Below are positions 1-8,111 of a stretch of 64,000 nt of DNA, piece after piece. The stretch comes from Alphaproteobacteria bacterium (lineage in GTDB: Bacteria; Pseudomonadota; Alphaproteobacteria; MPNO01; UBA830): contig OZ251539.1 of the NCBI GenBank assembly GCA_965243135.1, forward strand, positions 3,904,001 through 3,968,000, in the 5' to 3' direction. Position numbers and translations under genes: made by a program. The notes under the pieces were generated by a model that did not search any database, was not told the DNA's origin, and saw only the letters and a program-made list of their open reading frames with translations. How positions within the stretch are numbered: the first letter of the stretch is position 1; each line of letters opens with the position of its first letter.

Positions 1-402
1 GGTCTCCCGGCGCGTAAGCGGAAGCAGGCGATGCATTGCGGTTCGGCCGGCGAGAGACTGGGCGACCGATTCCAAAAGAGAAAGATTTTGCGAGCCGGTG
101 AGAATCCATCGCCCGGGTTCCGGCTTGTCGTCGATGACGCCTTGCAAATAGGAAAGCAGTTCCGGCGCGTGCTGCACCTCGTCGATAACGGCCCCGTTCG
201 GGAACCCGTCCAGAAACGCGCGCGGATCCTCCGTCGCGAATGCGCGCGTATCGAGCGCTTCGAGGGTCACGTACGGGCGCCCTGCGAACGCGGTTCGGCA
301 AAGGGTCGTCTTGCCGCTTTGCCGCGGCCCGGTAAGGGTGATGGACGGCCATTTCCGGGCAGCCTTCGTCAATACAGCAGCAAGGTCGCGTTCGATTATC
401 AT
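1..402 (-). CDS. AAA+ ATPase, AAA_14/DUF4143 (COG1373) family; 3' part runs off the window
   Basis: Not in the ORF track. Manual translation from ATG at 402 gives MIIERDLAAVLTKAARKWPSITLTGPRQSGKTTL (Walker A)...AVIDEVQHAPELLSYLQG (Walker B)...WILTGSQN...ESVAQSLAGR, open to position 1. Confidence 0.9.
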   Translation of the reverse strand, partial: MIIERDLAAVLTKAARKWPSITLTGPRQSGKTTLCRTAFAGRPYVTLEALDTRAFATEDPRAFLDGFPNGAVIDEVQHAPELLSYLQGVIDDKPEPGRWILTGSQNLSLLESVAQSLAGRTAMHRLLPLTRRET

Positions 403-418
403 GTTCCGAAGGATATCC

Positions 419-465
419 GAAAATTGCGCTAATTCAAATTCCAATTTTGAATTAGCGCAATTTTC
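419..465. promoter_or_regulatory. Perfect 20-bp inverted repeat (putative operator) upstream of the AAA ATPase
   Basis: GAAAATTGCGCTAATTCAAA (419-438), 7-nt spacer, TTTGAATTAGCGCAATTTTC (446-465); begins 16 nt before the ATG at 402. The regulatory role is inferred. Confidence 0.6.
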
Positions 466-574
466 CGGCGGCGGAAACGCTGCGCTGGTTGCTTCCTCCT
501 TGCCAATCCCGGCCTTGCCGAGAGACCGCCCGGAAACGTTCACGTCCGGGCAACCTCGGAAACCGGCGCTTCGG

Positions 575-880
575 GCGCGCGGCACAAGGGTCTTCAACAA
601 GTGCAAGACCTGCCATACGGTGACCGATGGCGGAAAGAACGGAATCGGTCCCAATCTCTGGAACGTGGTCAATGCGGAACCGGCATCCAGACCGGCATTC
701 AAGCATTCCGCGGCTCTTCAAGGGCTGAAGGGAAAACCGTGAACCTACGACAACCTCAACGCGTTCCTCACGAAGCCGAAGAACTACGCGAAGGGCACCC
801 AGATGACTTTCGCGGGGATCAAGAAGCCGGCCGACAGAGTGGGCATTTTTTCTATCGGCGCAGCCTGAGCGCGACGCCAG
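575..880 (+). pseudogene. Class I cytochrome c (c2/CycM-like) remnant
   Basis: GTRVFNKCKTCHTV (CxxCH)...GKNGIGPNLWNVV...GKP*TYDNLNAFLTKPKNYAKGTQMTFAGIKK. The conserved Trp is TGA (740-742), there is a further frameshift near 845 and no credible start or signal peptide. Confidence 0.8.
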
Positions 881-970
881 CCCAAGGCAACCTCCTTCGG
901 GTCATTGCCGTTCGGAGACGTGTCGAGAGCGCTCGGAACATGCCGGAGCGACCGCGAAGCACCCGAGCGC

Positions 971-1588
971 TTACGGCGCGGCGCGGCGGATGGCCCTCCG
1001 CAGGGAAACGCATGTAGCGGCGCGCTCGGCGCCTATCCGTTCCACCACCCATTGGACGTGCCAAGGTAAAACGCTCATGCGAGCGCACTGCAGGCTATTG
1101 AAGACGGCGTCGGCCAGTCCGTCGCGGCCGAGGACGGCTTCGACGTTCGGGTGCGCCAAAAAATCGATCGTGCATCCGATTACCAATCCTTGAAAGCGCT
1201 CAGCGCATATTCGATGGGCCTTGCGTTCGTCGATCAAAGCCGCTCCGGATCGTCCCAACGCAACTGCTATAGTTGCTGCCTCGCCATCGTCGAGAGTTTC
1301 CGGCGCGGGGCCATTCACAAGACTTGTGAAATGCTGAAGTTCAATATCCGTAAGCGTCACGATATCGACCGCTCCACTTTCGGAAAGCGCAAAGAGCGCA
1401 TCGGCGTCGGATCGACCCGACGCTTTGCCTTCTGCAAGCTCCGACGCCACCTTCTCCGTAACTAAAACGGATTGCGGTAACGCGTCCAAGATTGCCCGAA
1501 CGCAGCCGGTCGCATTCAAATTAATGATGACGCTTGCATCCGCAACGACCGGCACGGAAACGTCATCGAACGATGCGCAGCATACCAT
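971..1588 (-). CDS. PIN-domain protein (putative ribonuclease toxin)
   Basis: VVADASVIINL (first PIN Asp), VASEL, LDDGEAATIAVA and LIDERKA (acidic PIN residues). Probable start MVCCASF at 1588 overlaps the upstream gene. Confidence 0.8.
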   Translation of the reverse strand: MVCCASFDDVSVPVVADASVIINLNATGCVRAILDALPQSVLVTEKVASELAEGKASGRSDADALFALSESGAVDIVTLTDIELQHFTSLVNGPAPETLDDGEAATIAVALGRSGAALIDERKAHRICAERFQGLVIGCTIDFLAHPNVEAVLGRDGLADAVFNSLQCARMSVLPWHVQWVVERIGAERAATCVSLRRAIRRAAP

Positions 1589-2732
1589 TCGTTTCGTCTT
1601 TTTCTGCATCCGCATCGTCCAGTATTTCCCGCAACCCTATCCTGTCTACGCGCAAAAGACGGGCAAGTTGCCCCTCGCTGAGCAAATCCTTTCTCCACGC
1701 TTCCGCAGCCAGCGAATGCAGTCGGAATTCCGTCACCGGCTTCGCGTCCAAGGCAGCGAAAGCGCGATCACCAAGAGCCTGCCGCGCCTGCTCGTCGGTA
1801 ATTCCATCGTTAGCCTTGAACCAGTCCCACGCGCCGCGTTTGACGATGCCGATTTCTTCCAGCCGCCGGACCATTGCTTCACGAGAAACGCCGAAGCGGT
1901 AAGCCAGCAAGATGACGTGCCGCCTAGTCAAGACATCGGCTCCCGTGGTGATCTCCCGAAATAAATCAGTTACCGTACGCATTGGAGTCAAGAACGCTCT
2001 TGCAAAAACATTCGCGTAGCGTTCCTCGCGTGAAACGTCAAATTCCTCCGGCCCGAAGACGTCCGGTTTCCGACGCGACGAAACGAGATGTCCAAGCTCA
2101 TGTGCAGCGGTGAAAGTGCGTCGCGCCGGTGGATGTTTGACGTTGAAAAGCATGCATCCTCCTACATGGTCGTCATAGGCGAACAAGCCGGATATGCTGG
2201 AATCGAGAGGCCTGATATAGACACGAACTCCGAGTTCCAATTCCAGCAAACTTACCAAATCACGAACGGGGGCGCTTCCCAATCCGAGCCTTTGCCTGAG
2301 TTCGATCGCGTCGTTTTCCGCCTGAATGCGCACGTCCCCCGACATGAGAGGCCTTTCGGGCGGAAGATTGCGAGTTCTTTCGATGCCTAGAAGGTTCTCC
2401 AGTTCAACCTCCGCCCTGACGAGGTCGTTCAAAATCCGCGCAGCTTCCTCAGTCGGCTGTCGCGTTTTTCCGGGAAAGCTTCGGAAACGCGGCAAGAGAT
2501 CAACATGTACCGCCTCCTCGCGCAGCAATGCATTGGCAGAAGTGCCGTACAAGCGAGCGAGACGCGAAAGTTCCGTCGTCTGTATGCGCCGCTTGCCTTG
2601 CTCTATGGCGATCAGCGTCGTGCGCGTGATTCCGATATGATCTGCGGCCTTTGCCTGCGTTATGCCGTGCGCTTCACGGGCTGTACGCAAGCGCGAGCCA
2701 ACCTCGGCAATTTGGATTCTCTCCGATGCCAT
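1563..2732 (-). CDS. XRE HTH + ImmA/IrrE (M78, COG2856) Zn-metallopeptidase
   Basis: N-terminal HTH (GITQAKAADHIGITRTTLIAIEQGKRRI), FTAAHELGHL (HExxH) and EERYANVFARAFLTP. Confidence 0.92.
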   Translation of the reverse strand: MASERIQIAEVGSRLRTAREAHGITQAKAADHIGITRTTLIAIEQGKRRIQTTELSRLARLYGTSANALLREEAVHVDLLPRFRSFPGKTRQPTEEAARILNDLVRAEVELENLLGIERTRNLPPERPLMSGDVRIQAENDAIELRQRLGLGSAPVRDLVSLLELELGVRVYIRPLDSSISGLFAYDDHVGGCMLFNVKHPPARRTFTAAHELGHLVSSRRKPDVFGPEEFDVSREERYANVFARAFLTPMRTVTDLFREITTGADVLTRRHVILLAYRFGVSREAMVRRLEEIGIVKRGAWDWFKANDGITDEQARQALGDRAFAALDAKPVTEFRLHSLAAEAWRKDLLSEGQLARLLRVDRIGLREILDDADAEKDETNGMLRIVR

Positions 2733-2733
2733 G

Positions 2734-4110
2734 TCACCGGCTCCCCTTGGCCCATTGATTTATGAACGATACAGATCCAAGAGATTCAACAAAACCGTTC
2801 CATTCCTCGCCATGCTGTCGGAGCATTCTTAAAAGCCTTCGGCGAGTTTCGACAGTGTCTAGATCGAAAAATTGACTTAGAAAAAACTCTTCATTTTTTA
2901 ATGAGGGCAACTCCTCAAAGCACTCGGACAGTTCGGCAATATGTTGAAGATGAAGTACGCCCGCAATTGCATATTCGTAAAGTGCGCCTTTAGGCTGTCT
3001 TCTTTTAAACGTCGAGGCCGCACCATCCTCGTATCGCGGTGCATTCAGATCCTCCCAAACGTACGCCTCCTTATTCTCCGATTGACCCGCCGCATAAACG
3101 CTCATCCGTCGAAGAAGGCACGCCGCACAAATACCGCACTGTCGCCGACGGCCGGAAACCGACACCTGTCTCGAATCTTGCCAGCATGACCGCGTCTTCC
3201 TCCATGACGGTTCGTCAACGAATTCGTTCAGATAGGCTCCTAGAGTCTCACCCTTGGTATGCCAAATACGCGGAAAATCATAGTGAATTGGATGATCGAA
3301 AAGTGCATTAATAAATTTCTCCATAAAACCCATAAAACGAGGATGACTTCGATAATCAGGATATGCATGTCCTACTGGCACTAATGAACATCCCAATGCG
3401 CCCTGTCCGCTTTCCGGGACGATAATTTTATTGGTCTTCGATAAATAGGCCGCGATAGCGCTGAGTAAAGCAAATTTGAATCCTCGAGAACGGCCACTAA
3501 ATTCCTTACGAGAAATAGGTGCACATGACACTCGGTAAGGAAGCACTGCAAATGGTTCTTTTGATTTATTGAACTTCCCATTATTCAATCCACAGGTTTC
3601 CAGTCGAGCTAGAATGATTTTATTTTGAGATCTCCGTTGCATAAGTCTCCACACAACGTATGAATCTAGCCCATTACTGTAAGACATTACGTATTGCAAA
3701 CGATCCGGTATCGGAAAATTCCATTGCCTAGGTTGGTCCGCCTGCTTCTTTCTTTCGACGAAATCGATCTGCCATACATCACCCGTCAAGAAATTCAAGG
3801 CGTCGCGAAGCGTTTTGGAAACGCATCGATCTCTCCACAGGTCTAGGTTGTGGACGGGTACGGTCAAATAAAATCTTCTGCCCCAACCCCTTTTTGGTCT
3901 CATCTTTATATAATCGCAAAACTCTATAGCAGCTGAAACAACGAGAGCATCGTATAGTTTCGGTTCCCAATTTGCCAAACAGTATGAGACCAATCCTTTT
4001 TCATTAAACATAATATTTCTTCCGATTTCGCATTGCTGATTTTGGGTATTTTCAACAGAAAAACCCTCTTCGGTTACGTTGACGCACAGTTCAGGGAAAG
4101 AAACCATCAT
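2734..4110 (-). CDS. QueC-like PP-loop enzyme with QatC-type N-terminal domain
   Basis: SYSNGLDS (PP-loop), RSRGFKF, PESGQG, YRSHP, TKGE and SCW...CGICAACLLRR (Zn site). N-terminal LTVPV..LDLW...LNFLTGDVW motif as in QatC-type proteins. Visibly AT-richer than the core genes. Confidence 0.85.
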   Translation of the reverse strand: MMVSFPELCVNVTEEGFSVENTQNQQCEIGRNIMFNEKGLVSYCLANWEPKLYDALVVSAAIEFCDYIKMRPKRGWGRRFYLTVPVHNLDLWRDRCVSKTLRDALNFLTGDVWQIDFVERKKQADQPRQWNFPIPDRLQYVMSYSNGLDSYVVWRLMQRRSQNKIILARLETCGLNNGKFNKSKEPFAVLPYRVSCAPISRKEFSGRSRGFKFALLSAIAAYLSKTNKIIVPESGQGALGCSLVPVGHAYPDYRSHPRFMGFMEKFINALFDHPIHYDFPRIWHTKGETLGAYLNEFVDEPSWRKTRSCWQDSRQVSVSGRRRQCGICAACLLRRMSVYAAGQSENKEAYVWEDLNAPRYEDGAASTFKRRQPKGALYEYAIAGVLHLQHIAELSECFEELPSLKNEEFFLSQFFDLDTVETRRRLLRMLRQHGEEWNGFVESLGSVSFINQWAKGSR

Positions 4111-4124
4111 TCATCCACCCTCAA

Positions 4125-4673
4125 TCATAACCTGATGCCATCGTCTATTCCGGTCATTTTATCAGACGGTCGCGATCTTCTAATCCCGGCTAAATGATTT
4201 CTCGCTATCTCGGTTATCGGTAATTTTCCACGCGCCTCTTTTAGTCGATTAATCACGCGGTCACAGCGATATGATTTTCGCAAATAGTGTTCTTCCATTT
4301 GGCGAATACTGCTTGCAAAACGGTCATAGAGCGCTTCACAAAGCGCATTTTCCACCTTTCTGTCACCTAATTTATTATCCCATAATCGAATAACATGATC
4401 GATAAATGCCGTGGCAAACGGATATCCGGCCGCTATTCCTGACTTTAAGTTTTCAATTTTTTCGATATCCCAGAGATCGAGCTGCTGATCAATCAAAAGA
4501 GATTGAATTTGCCGCAAAAGTCGATCCGGAAATTCTTCGCGTAGATCATCTTCAAGCGCATATCCACCCAGCTGGATAAGCTTTTCCATATCAGCCGCCG
4601 GGTTGTCGGCATGTTCAGCCAGTCGTTTCCATGCTTGCCTCATCGGCAGGCTTCTGTGCGGCCCGTCGCTCAT
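4125..4673 (-). CDS. Hypothetical 182-aa protein (N-terminus MSDGPHRSLPMR), first gene of the QueC-like operon
   Basis: AGGAGG 6 nt before the ATG, 14-nt gap to the QueC-like gene and the same AT-rich composition. Confidence 0.8.
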   Translation of the reverse strand: MSDGPHRSLPMRQAWKRLAEHADNPAADMEKLIQLGGYALEDDLREEFPDRLLRQIQSLLIDQQLDLWDIEKIENLKSGIAAGYPFATAFIDHVIRLWDNKLGDRKVENALCEALYDRFASSIRQMEEHYLRKSYRCDRVINRLKEARGKLPITEIARNHLAGIRRSRPSDKMTGIDDGIRL

Positions 4674-5398
4674 CGCATACCTCCTATGTCAACAAGTTCA
4701 GTTTTTTTTCTGACATTGTCAATACTGTTTTACGAAAAATTCCATTCCACGAAACTTCTCATAACATACTGAATTTAATGGAAAAATATCCTATTGCCGC
4801 GCTGCTCGGCAGTTCACGCTGACGGGATGTGTCGAATCTTGAACGCCGAATGTCCCACCGATGTCGTTGCGCCGACGCTGAGGTGCCGAAAGAGACGCCA
4901 ATCACGTCGCCGGAGCGAGGTTTCGCGCGTCGCGGAGCTATGGCGTGAGAGGCTCCAACGCACGCGTCCGCCGCTTCCGGCATCATTATCCGCGGCCGAA
5001 CATCGCGCAAGTGAGCGGCGAACCGCCGCTGGACGCGCAGCACGCTTTCGAGAAGAGCGATGACGCGACCCGCGCAACCACGACTTCAACTGAGCATCGA
5101 CGGATCGGCGCGGAGGGGGATCCTTGAAAGTCTCTAGGGCGAATTTTTCTTTCAGCATAACCCAATGATAATGAAAGGGAAAATCCGTTCAAGAGCCGTT
5201 TGCGCTGCGCCGTTTTTTTTGCCGGCTGCCGTCCGGCCGACGCCCCGCGGCTCGCTTCGCCCGCCGCCGTCTCGCCGATCTCGCGCCGCTGACGCCTCCT
5301 CGCGGGCAGCGCTTGGCAACGGCCGCGCCATTCTTGAATTCGCCCTGGAAAGTCTCGTGCGGCCTTGCAATGCGACCCTATTCGCGTCAGGTTGAATT

Positions 5399-6223
5399 AT
5401 GCGCTTAACGTACTATCCCGCTCTCTGCCCGCCGGAGTTCCTCCGGATCGCGCATTCCCTGGCCGACGCCGCGGGCGAGATCCTCCGGCGCTATTTCCGG
5501 ACGCCGGTCGCGGTCGACGTCAAGCCCGACGATTCTCCGGTCACCGCGGCGGACCGGGAAGCGGAAGCGGCGATCCGCGAAATTCTTTCCAGCCGCAGGC
5601 CCGCCGACGGCGTGGTCGGCGAGGAATTCGGCTCCGAGAACGCGGATGCGGAGTTCGTCTGGGTCATCGACCCGATCGACGGCACGAGATCCTTCATCGC
5701 CGGACGCCCGATCTTCGGCACCTTGATCGCGGTGCTTTCCGGCGGCGTCCCCGTTCTCGGCGTCATCGATCAACCGGTCGCCGGCGAGCGTTGGACCGGA
5801 TGCTTCGGCGGCGGCGCCCTGCTCAACGACGTGCCGATCTCGACGCGGGCTTGCGCGAAGCTGGCGGACGGATTGCTCGCCACGACTTCGCCGCATCTCT
5901 TCGCGTCCGGCAAGATGGAGCGTTTCCGCAGGATCGAGAGCCGCGCCCGGCATGCGATCTACGGCGGCGATTGCTACAATTACGGCCTGCTCGCGGCCGG
6001 GCATCTCGACGCTGTCGTGGAATCGGGACTGAAACCCTACGACTTCTGCGCGTTGGCGCCGATCGTGCGGGAAGCCGGCGGACGAATCACCGACTGGTCG
6101 GGCGAGCCGCTAAGCCTGTCGTCGAACGGCGACGTCGTCGCGGCGGGCGACGCTCGCCTGCACGCCGAAGCGCTGTCCCTCCTCGGAGCGTCGGCGCAAG
6201 GCCAAGGAAAGGTCGAACGATGA
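5399..6223 (+). CDS. hisN: Histidinol-phosphate phosphatase (inositol monophosphatase family)
   Basis: KPDDSPVTAADREAE, GEEFG, WVIDPIDGTRSF, YGGDCYNYGLLA and LKPYDFCAL; start codon uncertain. Confidence 0.85.
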   Translation: MRLTYYPALCPPEFLRIAHSLADAAGEILRRYFRTPVAVDVKPDDSPVTAADREAEAAIREILSSRRPADGVVGEEFGSENADAEFVWVIDPIDGTRSFIAGRPIFGTLIAVLSGGVPVLGVIDQPVAGERWTGCFGGGALLNDVPISTRACAKLADGLLATTSPHLFASGKMERFRRIESRARHAIYGGDCYNYGLLAAGHLDAVVESGLKPYDFCALAPIVREAGGRITDWSGEPLSLSSNGDVVAAGDARLHAEALSLLGASAQGQGKVER

Positions 6224-8022
6224 CGAAACGCGTCGCAGCGGCGATTCTTCTGGCGAGCGTCGCGGCTCCGGCCGCGGCCGGCACGGTCAGCCACGGCCTC
6301 AGCCTGATCGGAGACCTCAAGTATCCGGCCGGATTCGCGCATCTCGACTACGTCAATCCCGACGCCCCGAAGGGCGGGACGCTGCGCCGCCACGCCATCG
6401 GCACGTTCGACACCTTCAATCCCTTCATCATCAAGGGCTCCGCGGCGTCCGGCATCGGCCTGATCCACGAAACGCTGATGACCTCGCCCGCCGACGAAGC
6501 CCCCGCCGAATACGGCCTCGTCGCCAAGACCGTCGAGGTGCCCGACGATCTCTCCCATGTCGTCTTCGAGCTGCGCCCGGAGGCGAAGTTCCACGACGGC
6601 ACGCCGATCACCGCGGACGACGTGATCTGGACGTTCGAGACGCTGAAGGAAAAGGGCGCGCCGATCTACCCCTTCTACTACAAGAACGTCGCCCGCGGCG
6701 TGAAGCTCGGCGACCGCCGGGTGAAGTTCGAGTTCGCCGGCCCTCCGAACCGGGAACTTCCCCAGATAACCGGGCAGCTGCCCGTCCTCTCCAAGGCCTG
6801 GTGGTCGACTCGCGACTTCTCCAAGACCACCCTCGAACCCCCGATGGGCAGCGGCCCTTACAGGATCTCGTCCTTCGAGGCGGGACGCTTCGTCGAGCTC
6901 GAACGGGTCGGCGACTGGTGGGGGAAGGATTTGCCCATCAACGTCGGACAGTACAATTTCGATCGCATCCGGTTCGACTACTACCGGGACGAGACCGTGG
7001 CGCTGGAAGCCTTCAAGGCGCGGCGTTACGACCTGCGGCTGGAGAACGCGTCGCTGACCTGGGCGACGGGTTACGATTTTCCCGCGCGGCGGGAGGGCAA
7101 GGTCAAGCTGGAGGAGGTGCCGAACGCTCGACCGACCGGCATGCAGGCTTTCGTCTTCAATCTCCGGCGCCCGCAGTTCGGCGATCCGGTCCTGCGCCGC
7201 GCGATGGCCTACGCCTTCGACTTCGAGTGGTCGAACAAGCACCTCTTCTACGGCCAGTACGCCCGCACGAAGAGCTTCTTCTCCAATTCCGAGCTCGCCG
7301 CGAGGGAATTGCCGTCGAAGGAGGAACTGGCGCTTCTCGAGCCGTGGCGCGGCCGGATCCCCGACGAGGTCTTCGCGAAAATCTACGAACCGCCCTCGAC
7401 CGACGGTTCCGGCAACCTGCGGAGCAATTTGCGGACGGCGCTGCGGCTGCTCAAGAACGCAGGCTACCGCATCGAGGACCGCAAGCTGATATCGCCCGTC
7501 ACGAAGGCGCCGGTCGCCTTCGAAATCCTCCTCGTCAGCCCGGCGTTCGAAAGGATCGTCTCGCCCTTCGCCCGCAACCTCGAACGCCTGGGGATCGAGG
7601 CCGCGGTGCGGACCGTCGACCAGTCGCAATACGTCAATCGCGTCCGGTCGTTCGATTTCGACATGATCGTGGGCGGCGCGGGCCAGTCCGAATCGCCCGG
7701 CAACGAGCAACGCGACTACTGGAGTTCGGCGGCCGCCGACCGGCAAGGCAGCAGAAACGTCGGCGGCATCAAGAATCCCGCGATCGACGCGCTGGTGGAG
7801 AAGATCGTCGACGCCCGCAACCGAAAGGAAGTGATCGCCGCCTCCCGGGCGCTCGACCGGGTCCTGTCGTGGAACCATTACGTCATCCCCCATTGGCACA
7901 TCCGCGCCGACCGCCTCGTCCGCTGGGACAGGTTCGGCGTTCCCCGGCATCCAAAATACGGACCCGACGTCATGAGCTGGTGGGTCGACGCCGCCAAGGA
8001 CCGCGCGCTTCGGACTCCCTGA
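6220..8022 (+). CDS. yejA: ABC transporter substrate-binding protein, YejA-like (copy 1)
   Basis: Signal peptide MTKRVAAAILLASVAAPAAA; HGLSLIGDLKYPAGF.HLDYVNPDAPKGG; ATGA overlap with the hisN stop. Confidence 0.88.
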   Translation: MTKRVAAAILLASVAAPAAAGTVSHGLSLIGDLKYPAGFAHLDYVNPDAPKGGTLRRHAIGTFDTFNPFIIKGSAASGIGLIHETLMTSPADEAPAEYGLVAKTVEVPDDLSHVVFELRPEAKFHDGTPITADDVIWTFETLKEKGAPIYPFYYKNVARGVKLGDRRVKFEFAGPPNRELPQITGQLPVLSKAWWSTRDFSKTTLEPPMGSGPYRISSFEAGRFVELERVGDWWGKDLPINVGQYNFDRIRFDYYRDETVALEAFKARRYDLRLENASLTWATGYDFPARREGKVKLEEVPNARPTGMQAFVFNLRRPQFGDPVLRRAMAYAFDFEWSNKHLFYGQYARTKSFFSNSELAARELPSKEELALLEPWRGRIPDEVFAKIYEPPSTDGSGNLRSNLRTALRLLKNAGYRIEDRKLISPVTKAPVAFEILLVSPAFERIVSPFARNLERLGIEAAVRTVDQSQYVNRVRSFDFDMIVGGAGQSESPGNEQRDYWSSAAADRQGSRNVGGIKNPAIDALVEKIVDARNRKEVIAASRALDRVLSWNHYVIPHWHIRADRLVRWDRFGVPRHPKYGPDVMSWWVDAAKDRALRTP

Positions 8023-8111
8023 CGACCGCCCCGCGAACGCCGGGCCCCGCTTCCCGGAGGGAGGCGCCGACGATACCGTTCGCGCCGAAAAGGCGATAGA
8101 ATGGCGCCGAC

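Noticed and set aside
740-742. In-frame TGA in the cytochrome c fragment as a possible selenocysteine
   Set aside because: It aligns to a conserved Trp, not a Cys; I see no SECIS-like hairpin and the gene has other lesions.
2734-4110. Housekeeping queuosine biosynthesis queC
   Set aside because: About twice the usual length, with a QatC-type N-terminal domain, foreign composition and no queD/queE/queF neighbours.
4687-4722. TTGACA boxes and a TGACA-T-TGTCA palindrome upstream of the QueC operon as promoter/operator
   Set aside because: No convincing -10 box at the correct spacing, and the palindrome is too short to support a call.
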